Source of the DNA: Desulfomonilia bacterium
GTDB taxonomy: Bacteria; Desulfobacterota; Desulfomonilia; UBA1062
Direction: 5' to 3'
Length of the DNA: 64,000 nucleotides
NCBI GenBank assembly: GCA_050014195.1
Contig: JBEKDT010000016.1
Span: 1 to 64,000, forward strand
Shown: positions 1 to 9,747 of the stretch, one piece after another
Layout: each line of letters opens with the position of its first letter
Position numbering within the stretch: position 1 is the stretch's first letter
Made by a program: the position numbers and the translations under genes
Notes under the pieces: model-generated
What the model was told of the DNA's origin: nothing
Databases searched by the model: none
What the model saw: the letters and a program-made list of their open reading frames with translations, nothing else

Positions 1-2
1 AA

Positions 3-614
3 GCGCCAGGCTATGAGGTTAAGGATACTGCGGGCTACCAGGACTACCCCATCGACCTTGAGACTGCGTTGAAGCGGGGATATGAAGCGCGTCCCGACCT
101 TGCCTCTGCCAAGGCGAAGCGTGAGGCTGCCGAGCGCTCGATAGACCTGGCGCAGACGGGGTACTACCCGGTGCTGTCCGGCAATGCGGCGTATGGATGG
201 GGCGGGCTTAACTATCCTCTGGACAAGGAGTGGACGGTAGGGGCCATGCTGAACTTTCCGTTGTTCAGCGGGTTTCTGACCAAGTCACAGGTGGAGGAGG
301 CCAGGGCCAACCTGGAGGTGGCAAGGGCGAATGAGGAATTCATCCGGCAGGGGATCCGGTTTGATATCGAGCAGGCCTATTCCAACCTCACGCTGGCAAA
401 AGAGGGGATCGTGCTGGCGGAGGTCACGGTGAAGCAGGCGAAGGAGAATCGGGAGCTTGCGCAGGGGCGTTATGCGGCGGGGGTGGGGAACACGATTGAG
501 GTGACGGATGCGCTGGTGACGGATATCAACGCCAAGACCTCCTATATAAACGCCCTGAGTGACTTCCACCTTGCCGTCGCAAGCCTGGAAAAGGCCATGG
601 GAGTAAAGCAATGA
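3..614 (+). CDS. TolC-family outer membrane efflux protein, 5'-truncated by the window edge
   Basis: Frame is open from base 3. OEP-type C-terminal repeat (RYAAGVGNTIEVTDA...LEKAMG). Overlaps the adaptor gene start (ATGA). Confidence 0.88.
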   Translation, partial: APGYEVKDTAGYQDYPIDLETALKRGYEARPDLASAKAKREAAERSIDLAQTGYYPVLSGNAAYGWGGLNYPLDKEWTVGAMLNFPLFSGFLTKSQVEEARANLEVARANEEFIRQGIRFDIEQAYSNLTLAKEGIVLAEVTVKQAKENRELAQGRYAAGVGNTIEVTDALVTDINAKTSYINALSDFHLAVASLEKAMGVKQ

Positions 615-1708
615 GAAGGATCATGTTCTGCTGTCTGCTTTTGCTATGCACCACAGCGATATTCATTGACGGCTGTTCGTCAAAGAAGAAACAACCTGCA
701 GTGCGTCCTGTCCCGGTCGTGGTGGCTGTTGCGGCTCAAAAGACGATTCCCGTTCAGATTAATGCCATCGGTTCCGTTGAAGCGTTTCAGGCCATATCGG
801 TGAGAAGCCAGATCACCGGGCTGATTGCGAAAGTTCACTTCAAGGAGGGTCAGGACGTAAAAAAAGGGGATCTTCTGCTGGAAATAGACTGCCGCCCGAA
901 TGTGGAGGCGCTCAAACAGGTAGAGGCCAATCTTGTCAGGGATAAGGCCCAGGCAAAATATGCAGAGCAAGAGGTTGTAAGGTATGCCGATCTGGTAAAA
1001 AAAGACTATGTGGCAAAGGAACAATATGACCAGTTCCAGGCTAATTTTGCCGCCCTCGAGGCAACGGTGAAGGCCGACGAGGCGATGGTGCAGAATAACA
1101 GGGTCCAGGTTCAATACTGCTCCATCTATTCACCCATTGACGGCCGGACAGGCAAGCTGGAAGTGGATCAGGGGAATATCCTCAAGGCCAATGACATTGA
1201 AGTCGTCACCATCAACCAGATACAGCCCATCAATGTTACCTTCGCCATCCCTGAACAGGACCTGCCCAGGGTCAGGAAGTACTTTGCTCAGAGAAAGCTT
1301 GAGGTGGATGCATTTATCCCCGGTGAAGAAGGTCCGGAAAAGGGGGAACTCACCTTTGTGGATAATGCCATCGATAAGACAACCGGGACCATTACCCTGA
1401 AAGGGACATTCGCCAACAAGGGAAAGAAGCTTTTACCGGGACAGTTTATAAATGTGGTCCTGACACTCACCACCGAGCCTAATGCGATACTCATCCCTTC
1501 ACAGTGCGTGGATCAGGGGCAGGAAGGACAATATGTCTATGTTATAGGACCTGATTCCAAGGCTGAAATAAGGACCGTTACGGCCGGCCAAGTCATGAAC
1601 GGCGAGACTGTCATCCTGAAAGGGATCAAGGCCGGTGAGCGGGTAGTCACGGATGGGCAGGTACGGCTCATACCTGGGGCCGTCGTATCCATAAAGAACT
1701 CGCATTGA
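611..1708 (+). CDS. RND efflux periplasmic adaptor (MdtA-like lipoprotein)
   Basis: Lipobox-like IDGC; lipoyl/hairpin motifs VRSQITG..FKEGQDVKKGDLL and IYSPIDGRTG; IDKTTGT; PGQF. Confidence 0.92.
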   Translation: MRRIMFCCLLLLCTTAIFIDGCSSKKKQPAVRPVPVVVAVAAQKTIPVQINAIGSVEAFQAISVRSQITGLIAKVHFKEGQDVKKGDLLLEIDCRPNVEALKQVEANLVRDKAQAKYAEQEVVRYADLVKKDYVAKEQYDQFQANFAALEATVKADEAMVQNNRVQVQYCSIYSPIDGRTGKLEVDQGNILKANDIEVVTINQIQPINVTFAIPEQDLPRVRKYFAQRKLEVDAFIPGEEGPEKGELTFVDNAIDKTTGTITLKGTFANKGKKLLPGQFINVVLTLTTEPNAILIPSQCVDQGQEGQYVYVIGPDSKAEIRTVTAGQVMNGETVILKGIKAGERVVTDGQVRLIPGAVVSIKNSH

Positions 1709-1727
1709 CGCTGCAACGGTGACCTAA

Positions 1728-4700
1728 GTGAATATATCCAGCATCTTCATAGAACGGCCCATCATGACAACGCTTGTCATGTTCTCCATCCTCCTCTTCG
1801 GCATTGTAGCCTACAGGGCTCTGCCCGTCAGCGAGCTCCCCAACGTTGATTTTCCCACCATTCGCGTCTCTGCCACCCTCCCCGGATCCAGTCCGGAAAA
1901 CATGGCCTCGGCCATCGCCACTCCACTCGAACGGCAGTTCTCCACCATCGCCGGCCTTGACTCCATGACCTCGACGAGTGCCCTGGGAACCACACAGATC
2001 ACCCTCCAGTTCAACCTGAGCCGGAACATCGATGCGGCAGCCCAGGATGTCCAAACCGCCATCGGCACAGCGGCGCGCCTGCTCCCTGTGAACATGCCGA
2101 GCCCGCCATTCTTCAGGAAGGTGAATCCGGCAGATCAGCCTATCCTTATAGTCTCATTGAATTCGGCGACCTTACCCCTTTCAACGGTAGACGAATTTGC
2201 AGAAACGCTCCTAGCACAACGCATATCCATGATCAGCGGTGTTGCAGAGGTGCAGGTATATGGGTCGCAGAAGTATGCAGTCAGAATACAGCTCGACCCG
2301 AAGGCCCTGGCCAGCAGGTCCATCGGGATCGATGACGTCGCCAATGCAGTCGCCTCCGGGAATGTCAACCTTCCGACAGGCACCCTGTGGGGGACCCACA
2401 AGGCATTCACCGTCCAGGCCTCCGGCCAGCTGACAAATGCGGATGCCTACAAGCCGTTGATCGTGGGGTACCGCAACGGCTCGCCGATACGGCTTCAAGA
2501 ACTGGGCCACATGATCGACAGTGTCGAAAATGACAAGATCGCTTCATGGTTCAACAACAATAGGTCCATCGTACTGGCGATTCTGCGCCAGCCCGGGACC
2601 AACACCGTCGAAGTCGCACAGTCCATCAAGGATATCCTGCCGAAATACCGTGCACTGGCCCCTGCATCCATGAACCTCGAAATCCTCTATGACCGTTCCG
2701 TATCCATCAAAGATTCCATCAGGGATGTCCAGCTCACGTTGCTGCTGGCACTGGCTCTCGTGGTCCTGGTCATCTTCCTCTTTCTCCGCAACGTCTCCGC
2801 TACTGTCATCCCCAGCCTCGCACTGCCCCTGTCCCTCATAGGGACCTTTGCAATGATGTATCTGGGCGGGTACAATCTCGACAACCTGTCACTCATGGCA
2901 TTGACCCTGTGCGTGGGGTTTGTCGTGGACGACGCCATAGTCATGCTGGAGAATATCGTTCGGCATATGGAGCATGGTGAGAGCCCGCGTGATGCGGCCT
3001 TCAGCGGATCAAAGGAGATAAGCTTCACCATCATCTCCATGACCTTGTCCCTTGTGGCTGTATTCATCCCGGTCCTCTTTATGGGGGGGATTGTCGGGAG
3101 GCTGCTCCACGAGTTTGCCGTCACCATCACCGTTGCAGTTCTCATCTCCGGATTCGTATCCTTAAGCCTCACACCCATGCTCGCAAGCATTACCCTGCGT
3201 TCCGCTGAACATAAGAGGCACAGCCGGGTCTATCAGGCCTCCGAACGATTTTTCGAAGGGATGCTCCACGCATATGACAGGAGCCTCCAATGGGTATTGC
3301 ACCACCGGTTGACGACCCTGGTTATCTCGATCCTCTTCCTGATAGGGGCCGTATACCTCTATGTAATCATACCCAAAGGGTTCCTTCCCAGCGGGGATGT
3401 CGGGCTCATCATGGCTTCTACGGAGTCGGCACAGGGGACATCCTTCGCATCCATGGTGGATCACCAGAAAAAGGTTGCCCGGATTATGCAACAAGACCCT
3501 AATGTAGATGTCATCATGTCAAGCGTAGGTAGCGGGTTCGGCAGCACCTCGGCCAATACCGGCTCCATGATGGCTCGGTTGAAATCACGTAGCGAACGCA
3601 GCCTGAATCCGGATGAGGTGATCCAGGAACTCAGGCCGAAGTTTGCATCGGTCACCGGGATCCAGGTATACATGCAGAACCCACCATCCATACGCATCGG
3701 CGGGTATCTGACAAAAAGCCAGTACCAGTACACCCTGCAGGGCCCGGATATCGACGAGTTGTATAAATACGCCCCGATTATGGAATCAAAGCTGAAGGAT
3801 CTACAAGGATTTCAGGACGTGACCAGCGATCTCCAGATCAAGAATCCCCAGATCTCAATAACCATCAACCGTGACAAGGCATCGGAGCTGGGTCTCAATG
3901 CCTTTCAAATAGAGACCGCGCTCCAAAACGCATATTCTGCAAACCAGGTCTCCACGATCTATGCACCCACCAACGAATATCAGGTCATCGTCGAGCTCGA
4001 ACCGGAATACCAGATGGATCCGGCCGCCCTCTCTCTACTCTATATCCGGTCATCTTCAGGCAACCTGGTTCCCTTGAGTACGGTGGCAAGTTTGGATCAG
4101 ACCATGGGGCCACTCACGGTCAACCACCTGGGTCAGCTCCCTGCCGTGACGCTGTCTTACAATCTTGTTCCGGGGAAATCACTGGGTGACGCAGTGAATG
4201 CTGTGGAAAAAACGGCTCGTTCGGTCTTGCCTTCAACGATTACCGGCAGCTCACAGGGAACGGCTCAGGCCTTCCAGGCATCCATGGTGGGCCTCGGCAT
4301 CCTGATTCTGGTAGCTGTACTGGTCATTTATATCGTACTCGGCATACTCTATGAGAGTTTCATCCATCCGCTTACCATCCTGTCCGGGCTCCCTTCTGCA
4401 GGGCTTGGTGCGCTCCTGACCCTGATGATCTTCCACATCGATCTTAACCTCTATGCACTGGTCGGGGTCATCATGCTCATCGGGATCGTGAAGAAAAATG
4501 CCATCATGATGATCGATTTCGCCCTGGAGGCTGAGAGGAAGGATGATAAGAAGCCTGAGGAGGCGATCTATCAGGGCGCCCTTATCCGATTTCGGCCCAT
4601 CATGATGACGACCATGTCGGCCCTCATGGCCACGCTCCCCATAGCCATCGGACTGGGCGCAGGGGGTGAAACCAGGCAGCCGCTCGGGGTGGCAGTGGTC

Positions 4701-4817
4701 GGCGGGCTAATCTTCTCCCAGTTCGTGACGCTGTACATTACCCCGGTCACCTATATCTATCTCGATAAGCTCCAGACCGCCATACGCAGGCGCTTAAGCA
4801 GATTCAAACATGCATGA
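1728..4817 (+). CDS. RND efflux permease (AcrB/MdtB-MdtC family)
   Basis: 1029 aa; [50 protein letters not shown]. Confidence 0.95.
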   Translation: MNISSIFIERPIMTTLVMFSILLFGIVAYRALPVSELPNVDFPTIRVSATLPGSSPENMASAIATPLERQFSTIAGLDSMTSTSALGTTQITLQFNLSRNIDAAAQDVQTAIGTAARLLPVNMPSPPFFRKVNPADQPILIVSLNSATLPLSTVDEFAETLLAQRISMISGVAEVQVYGSQKYAVRIQLDPKALASRSIGIDDVANAVASGNVNLPTGTLWGTHKAFTVQASGQLTNADAYKPLIVGYRNGSPIRLQELGHMIDSVENDKIASWFNNNRSIVLAILRQPGTNTVEVAQSIKDILPKYRALAPASMNLEILYDRSVSIKDSIRDVQLTLLLALALVVLVIFLFLRNVSATVIPSLALPLSLIGTFAMMYLGGYNLDNLSLMALTLCVGFVVDDAIVMLENIVRHMEHGESPRDAAFSGSKEISFTIISMTLSLVAVFIPVLFMGGIVGRLLHEFAVTITVAVLISGFVSLSLTPMLASITLRSAEHKRHSRVYQASERFFEGMLHAYDRSLQWVLHHRLTTLVISILFLIGAVYLYVIIPKGFLPSGDVGLIMASTESAQGTSFASMVDHQKKVARIMQQDPNVDVIMSSVGSGFGSTSANTGSMMARLKSRSERSLNPDEVIQELRPKFASVTGIQVYMQNPPSIRIGGYLTKSQYQYTLQGPDIDELYKYAPIMESKLKDLQGFQDVTSDLQIKNPQISITINRDKASELGLNAFQIETALQNAYSANQVSTIYAPTNEYQVIVELEPEYQMDPAALSLLYIRSSSGNLVPLSTVASLDQTMGPLTVNHLGQLPAVTLSYNLVPGKSLGDAVNAVEKTARSVLPSTITGSSQGTAQAFQASMVGLGILILVAVLVIYIVLGILYESFIHPLTILSGLPSAGLGALLTLMIFHIDLNLYALVGVIMLIGIVKKNAIMMIDFALEAERKDDKKPEEAIYQGALIRFRPIMMTTMSALMATLPIAIGLGAGGETRQPLGVAVVGGLIFSQFVTLYITPVTYIYLDKLQTAIRRRLSRFKHA

Positions 4818-4835
4818 TCGAGGTGAAAAGAAGAA

Positions 4836-4934
4836 TCGCGGCTAAAGCCGCCCCGACAACAAATATATTATCGAGATGTAGGAGCGCCTTCAGGCGCGAC
4901 TCATTTCGGATGTCGCGGCTAAAGCCGCTCCTAC
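4836..4934. repeat. Cluster of three GTAG-family REP elements (BIME-like)
   Basis: 4836-4858 tcgcggctaaagccgccccgaca (-), 4877-4899 tgtaggagcgccttcaggcgcga (+), 4913-4934 tcgcggctaaagccgctcctac (-); resembles the GTAGGAGCGGCTTTAGCCGCGA REP type. Confidence 0.8.
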
Positions 4935-4979
4935 CAGGCCCTTGGTAGTATAAGTTCAATCACTATTCACACGGTCTGG

Positions 4980-5014
4980 TCACTGATCACTGTTCACTCA
5001 TCACCAGTCACTGT
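4980..5014. repeat. Heptamer tandem repeat (TCACTGW-like) x5
   Basis: tcactga tcactgt tcactca tcaccag tcactgt; an extra unit tcactat at 4960-4966. Confidence 0.75.
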
Positions 5015-5017
5015 CTT

Positions 5018-6196
5018 TCACCCCCACACCCCGGGTATCACGGTCTTGCAGAACCTGCATTGTTTCCCATTGAGGTTATAGGTGGGGATGAAATACCCCT
5101 TGCGTTCGATGAGGAGTTTGCCGCAGGAATGGCAGTAGGTGTTGTTCCCTTCATGCTCCGGGACATTGCCCACGTAGACATACCTTATTCCCTCCTTCAT
5201 GGCGAGCTCACGGAAGCGGGTCAGGATGGAGATTGGCGTTGCGGGCAGGCGGTCGAGCTTGTACATGGGGAAGAACCTCAGGAAATGAAGCGGTTTGTCG
5301 GGACCTACATTTTTCAATATCCAGGAGCACATGCGTTTGACCATCTCATCGTTGTCGGTATAACCGGGTACCACGAGGTTGGTGATCTCACAATGGACGC
5401 CCTGTTCGTGGAGGGTTCGTATGGTTGTCAGGACCGGGTCGAGGTGACTGCCGTTGAGCCTCAGGTAGATGTCGTCACTGAATGACTTGAGGTTGACATT
5501 GGCCGCATCGATTACCGTGCAGAGCTTTAAGAGCGGCTCGGTGTTGATGTAGCCGTTCGTGATCATGAGATTCGATAAACCGTTTTCTTTTCCCAGCCTT
5601 GAGGTATCGTACATGTACTCGTAGAAGGAGACGGGCTCCGAATAGGTATACGCTATGGAACCCGAACCCGATGAGCGGGCCGCCTTCACGACGTCTGCAG
5701 GGAATAGCTCGGAAAAGCTCACCTCTTCCGGCCTCGTCTGGGAGATCTCCCAGTTCTGGCAGTTAAGGCACCTCAAGTTGCAACCCGCAGTGGCAATGGA
5801 GAAGGCCTTTGTGCGGGGTCTGAAGTGGAATAAGGGCTTCTTCTCGATAGGATCGACACTTGTCGAACAGGGGTTCCCATAGGTAATGCTGTAGAGCCTC
5901 CCGCCGAGGTTCACCTTGGAGCGGCAAGCGCTGCGGTCACCGGGGGAGAGTATGCAGTGGTTCGGGCAGACCAGGCAGGCGACCTTGTTCCCATAGCTTT
6001 TCTTGTAAAAGAGCCCCTCCCTCGCATACTTCCATAGCCGCCTGGGTGCATCGCCGATAAAGACCCGGCCTTTGATGTCTGCCAATGCTGATGCATGGCC
6101 GCACCGGATGAACCCGGGGCAGAGGTTCCCGATGGAGCCGGCGATGAGCATCGCCATGCTAGAACGTAAGAATGTCCTCCTGGTGAGCTTTGCCAT
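5018..6196 (-). CDS. amrS: AmmeMemoRadiSam system radical SAM enzyme with N-terminal Tat signal
   Basis: CLVCPNHC..C, VDPIEKKPLFHF, CNLRCLNCQNWEISQ, IAYTYSEP, C-terminal CHSC/CRFC; N-terminus MAKLTRRTFLR. Start placed at ATG 6196. Confidence 0.9.
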   Translation of the reverse strand: MAKLTRRTFLRSSMAMLIAGSIGNLCPGFIRCGHASALADIKGRVFIGDAPRRLWKYAREGLFYKKSYGNKVACLVCPNHCILSPGDRSACRSKVNLGGRLYSITYGNPCSTSVDPIEKKPLFHFRPRTKAFSIATAGCNLRCLNCQNWEISQTRPEEVSFSELFPADVVKAARSSGSGSIAYTYSEPVSFYEYMYDTSRLGKENGLSNLMITNGYINTEPLLKLCTVIDAANVNLKSFSDDIYLRLNGSHLDPVLTTIRTLHEQGVHCEITNLVVPGYTDNDEMVKRMCSWILKNVGPDKPLHFLRFFPMYKLDRLPATPISILTRFRELAMKEGIRYVYVGNVPEHEGNNTYCHSCGKLLIERKGYFIPTYNLNGKQCRFCKTVIPGVWG

Positions 6197-8285
6197 GACT
6201 AATCTGGATAATAATACTCGCGAGCTTAAAGACAATCAAGGCCGTGCACGATGCGATGATCCCGAAAAAAGGGATGAGCAGGGCACTTAACAAGACATTG
6301 CCGAGGGCCGCCCCGACAAGGTCCACGGAAAAGGCCCGGGCGGAGGCGGTATTACCCCCGCCGGCGGCCCCGGCAACCAAGGGAAACTGAATTCCGCACA
6401 GCATGGAGATCAGGAAAGCGAATGCATAAAAGAATGCTTCGCTCAGGCCCTGGGGAGAGAGGAAAAGAAGGCTTAAAAGTATGAGCAGGAGCAGGGCCAT
6501 AAGGCAGTCGGTATGAAAGAGACACGATCGTATATTTGTTTTGATGCGTTGGCCGAAGATCACCCCCGGTATCAACCCTGCCAGATAGACCGTGACGATG
6601 AGGCCGATCTTCACATAGAGAAAGCCGAAGAGGATCTGGAAGAGGAAGATGGTGAGTATCTCGCTGCCCATGTTTATGCAGCCGGTGGTGAACAGGACGA
6701 ACTCTTCCAGCCTTAGCCGGGTCATGTAGAGGACAAAGAATGCCCCGAGCACTACAAAGAACCCAAAGGGATATGATGAGTATTTGACAAACCAGTGCTC
6801 ATAGGCAAGCCTCATGAGAAATGGCCTGAAGTCGGTGTTTACCGGGACACGGGGGTCCAAGAGCCTCATGAGGGCCTCAATCCGCCCCTGGCTGACATCA
6901 CCTGCGAAGTAATTTGCTAGGTAATCGGTCTTGATGCCCTCACGGGTAAGGAGCCCGGGTATGTCGCTGCTTAAGGGTGCATCGCTTGCGATAAAATAGA
7001 TCTTCCGACCGGGCAGGATGAGTGTATGGGCGAACACTGATCGTGCGGTATTATTCAGTGAAGACACCCGCAGACGGGCCGGGCCGGATACGTAGCTCTC
7101 ATACCCCTCGACCGAAAAGCTTAAGACTCCTCCTGAATTCAGACGGGCCTTGGCAAGGCGCATGAACCCTTCCGTGAAATAGCGGTTTGTCTGGAAGGTC
7201 TTGGGCTCGGGGTAGTTCACCAGGATGGCGTCATAGGTATTCAGCGTGCGTTTGAGATATGCCCGGGCATCACCCTCAATGATCCGCAGCCCTTTCATGT
7301 GCTTTATAAGACCGATCTTGAACTCCATGGAGATGAGCCGGGGATCAAGTTGTGCATAGTCGATTTCCTCCGGGCCGTACTTTTTGATCTCATCCATGAT
7401 CCCGGCCTCCGAAGAGACAAGCAGGACCCGCTTGATGGGGCTACGTTGCGCAAGGGCATAATGGGAGGCCTCCTCTGCTGTAATCTGGTTCTGGCCTGAA
7501 AGCGCCGGCACCCCGTCAATGAATATGGTGGACAACTCACGGTCCCTGATGAGCATAATCCTTCCGAAAAATGTTTCCTGATAAGAAACAAGCTCGCCGC
7601 CTGTGGGTTTCAACGTAGCAAGCTCAAGTGCCGCACCTGCACAATTGACGGATATAACCGCCGATGCAAGGCCGAGTATGTATACGACACGCATACCGGT
7701 AAGGACCAAGAGCAGGCAGACAAGAGAGATAAGCAGCGTATTCACCGTGAGGAGGGCCTTGATGGGTGTGAGAAGGGTGACCAGCGCAAAAGAGAAGGCT
7801 GCCCCGCCGATCGCCGCCCCAAATGAATCCAGGGCATAGATCCATGATGCAGGGTATTTACGGTCTGTCGATCTGAGGATAAACAAACTGTAGGGCAGGA
7901 CAAATCCGATGAGAAGTGCATAAGGTGCGACCACCATGCCTGCAAAGGCCAATGTCGGGGAGAAGCCTACTGAAGATCCCTGGACAAAGATGATATCCTT
8001 AAGAACTCTCATGGAAAGAATCTGCAGGGTGGGCATTACGGCAAGACATGCCGTGATGAGGCTTAAGGTCCTTATGGAGGCATAGTAAGCCTTTGTCTTG
8101 ACGGTTGCGGCAATGAACGACCCGATGCCGCTTGAGACAAGCCAAATGAGCAGGACCAGGGCAATGACGAACTCGTTTCCTTCGAAGTCGGCGAGAAACT
8201 CACGGATGGTTATGAGTTGTGCTACAACCGAGGAAATGCCGGTTGCAAGCACGGTGAGGAGGATCGCTCGATTATTTCTCCTCAT
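6159..8285 (-). CDS. Membrane-integrated spermidine-synthase-like protein (TM domain, SpeE-like Rossmann domain, TM domain)
   Basis: About 7 N-terminal hydrophobic helices (YALDSFGAAIGG), soluble domain with IIEGDAR/YDAILVNYPEP/NRYFT/LNSGGV/VNTDFRP, then about 6 more TM helices. Overlaps both neighbours. Confidence 0.8.
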   Translation of the reverse strand: MRRNNRAILLTVLATGISSVVAQLITIREFLADFEGNEFVIALVLLIWLVSSGIGSFIAATVKTKAYYASIRTLSLITACLAVMPTLQILSMRVLKDIIFVQGSSVGFSPTLAFAGMVVAPYALLIGFVLPYSLFILRSTDRKYPASWIYALDSFGAAIGGAAFSFALVTLLTPIKALLTVNTLLISLVCLLLVLTGMRVVYILGLASAVISVNCAGAALELATLKPTGGELVSYQETFFGRIMLIRDRELSTIFIDGVPALSGQNQITAEEASHYALAQRSPIKRVLLVSSEAGIMDEIKKYGPEEIDYAQLDPRLISMEFKIGLIKHMKGLRIIEGDARAYLKRTLNTYDAILVNYPEPKTFQTNRYFTEGFMRLAKARLNSGGVLSFSVEGYESYVSGPARLRVSSLNNTARSVFAHTLILPGRKIYFIASDAPLSSDIPGLLTREGIKTDYLANYFAGDVSQGRIEALMRLLDPRVPVNTDFRPFLMRLAYEHWFVKYSSYPFGFFVVLGAFFVLYMTRLRLEEFVLFTTGCINMGSEILTIFLFQILFGFLYVKIGLIVTVYLAGLIPGVIFGQRIKTNIRSCLFHTDCLMALLLLILLSLLFLSPQGLSEAFFYAFAFLISMLCGIQFPLVAGAAGGGNTASARAFSVDLVGAALGNVLLSALLIPFFGIIASCTALIVFKLASIIIQISHGKAHQEDILTF

Positions 8286-9747
8286 CAAAATACTGAACCT
8301 GGTAGGTCTGGACTTCGAGCTTGCCCTTCTTCCAAGCATTGGAAGGAAGGCCTGCCTTCATACACAGGTGCTCAAAGAACTCCTCCTTATCATGGAGCTG
8401 GTCCCAAACCTGGGGCAGGAAGGTGGCGGACGCATAACCCTGACCGATAATAACACCGTCGATGCCCGGTCTGATCTTTTTCAACAGGTCGTCGGCATCG
8501 GTATATGCAAGGGTTTTGGGCTCGGTAAGGACGCTCACCTCAATGTGGATCTTATCCAGTTCGCTTTTCGTGAGGGCCGGAAAGCGCGGGTCTCTGAAGG
8601 CTGCGTTGACGGCATTATGCTTCACGCTCTCCGCAAGAGACTCGCGCGCCTCAAGGCTTCCGATACATCCCCTGAGCTGGCCGCCGATAGTCAGTGTCAC
8701 GAAGGTCCCGGCCTTGACATGGAAGGCCTCGCCGGCCATGGCCTCGTTGAGCTTGGGATTGGCTGCAGGTTTGACACCGAACTGTTCCTGGATCGTATTA
8801 CGTGCGAGGGCGAGGAGCACCTTGCCCTGTTCTTTGGTGTAGTGTTTTTCCGTCATGGCATTACCTCCGAAAAAAGCGATCGCGGCATAACCCACTACCT
8901 GTTCATAGCTGCCGCTCGCATCGCCGCTTGTCGAATTGTGGAGTACCACGGGCTCCCAACCCTTCTTCCGGGCGAATTCAAGGATCACCCGGATGGGGAC
9001 GGCCCCGCAGGCCCTGTTGCTCTCGGCAGTAAGGTTATCCCCCTTAAGCTGCCTGATCATGTCGATGGTCTGCCGGTCCCTGGCTTGGGCCTGGATCTGG
9101 GGCAGATAGTGCGAGAGGTCCGAGCTTGCCACCAGCAGGGTCATATCATCAAGCAGGGGCTCGATGGCCTTTGCATATGCATTGATATCACCAGGGCCCA
9201 TGACGATAGGGACCAGGGTGAAATCACCGAGATAGTACTGGAGGTACGGCAATACCACCTCGACGGAATGCTCGACTTCATCGGAGGCGGCATTGTACAT
9301 AAAAGGGCTGCCGCCCTTCCTGAGCCGTGCTGCATCGGCATGCAGCCTGATGATGCCCAGCGGGGTCTCATACGCGTCGGCCGTACTCACGGATGCGCCC
9401 ATGAAGCCGATCCTGTGATCCGGCCCCATGACGATCACCTTGGTGAAGTGCCGGCCTGCCAGGGCAAAAGATGCATAGGCCCCAGTACGGCCCGCATAGA
9501 TATAGCCGGCATGGGGGAGGATAAGGGCCTTGAGCTGCTTGTCCTTGGGCACTTTGACCGGAGAGGACCGTGCATTCCGGGTGAACTGCGCGATGGAGGC
9601 CTTTAGCTCGTTTGGTTGTGCCGGGTAGAATGTACCGGCATAGGCGGCCTTTCGGATCGTGTAGGCAAAAGCCTGCTCAGAACTCAATGCAACCGCGAAA
9701 ACCACAACCATGAAGACGAGGCAACTCAGCAGGGCGCGGCGCTTCAT
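8272..9747 (-). CDS. amrB: AmmeMemoRadiSam protein B (Memo) fused to protein A (AMMECR1), with signal peptide
   Basis: RKAAYAGTFYP, PHAGYIYAG, EHSVEV, ASSDLSHY, VVGY (Memo); GTFVTL, LRGCIG, DPRF, ATFLPQVW, LCMKAGL (AMMECR1); GGAGGT RBS before ATG 9747. Confidence 0.92.
   Translation of the reverse strand: MKRRALLSCLVFMVVVFAVALSSEQAFAYTIRKAAYAGTFYPAQPNELKASIAQFTRNARSSPVKVPKDKQLKALILPHAGYIYAGRTGAYASFALAGRHFTKVIVMGPDHRIGFMGASVSTADAYETPLGIIRLHADAARLRKGGSPFMYNAASDEVEHSVEVVLPYLQYYLGDFTLVPIVMGPGDINAYAKAIEPLLDDMTLLVASSDLSHYLPQIQAQARDRQTIDMIRQLKGDNLTAESNRACGAVPIRVILEFARKKGWEPVVLHNSTSGDASGSYEQVVGYAAIAFFGGNAMTEKHYTKEQGKVLLALARNTIQEQFGVKPAANPKLNEAMAGEAFHVKAGTFVTLTIGGQLRGCIGSLEARESLAESVKHNAVNAAFRDPRFPALTKSELDKIHIEVSVLTEPKTLAYTDADDLLKKIRPGIDGVIIGQGYASATFLPQVWDQLHDKEEFFEHLCMKAGLPSNAWKKGKLEVQTYQVQYFDEEK

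Noticed and set aside
8098-9606. 502-aa plus-strand ORF
   Set aside because: Antisense shadow of the amrB-amrA gene; no recognisable motifs.
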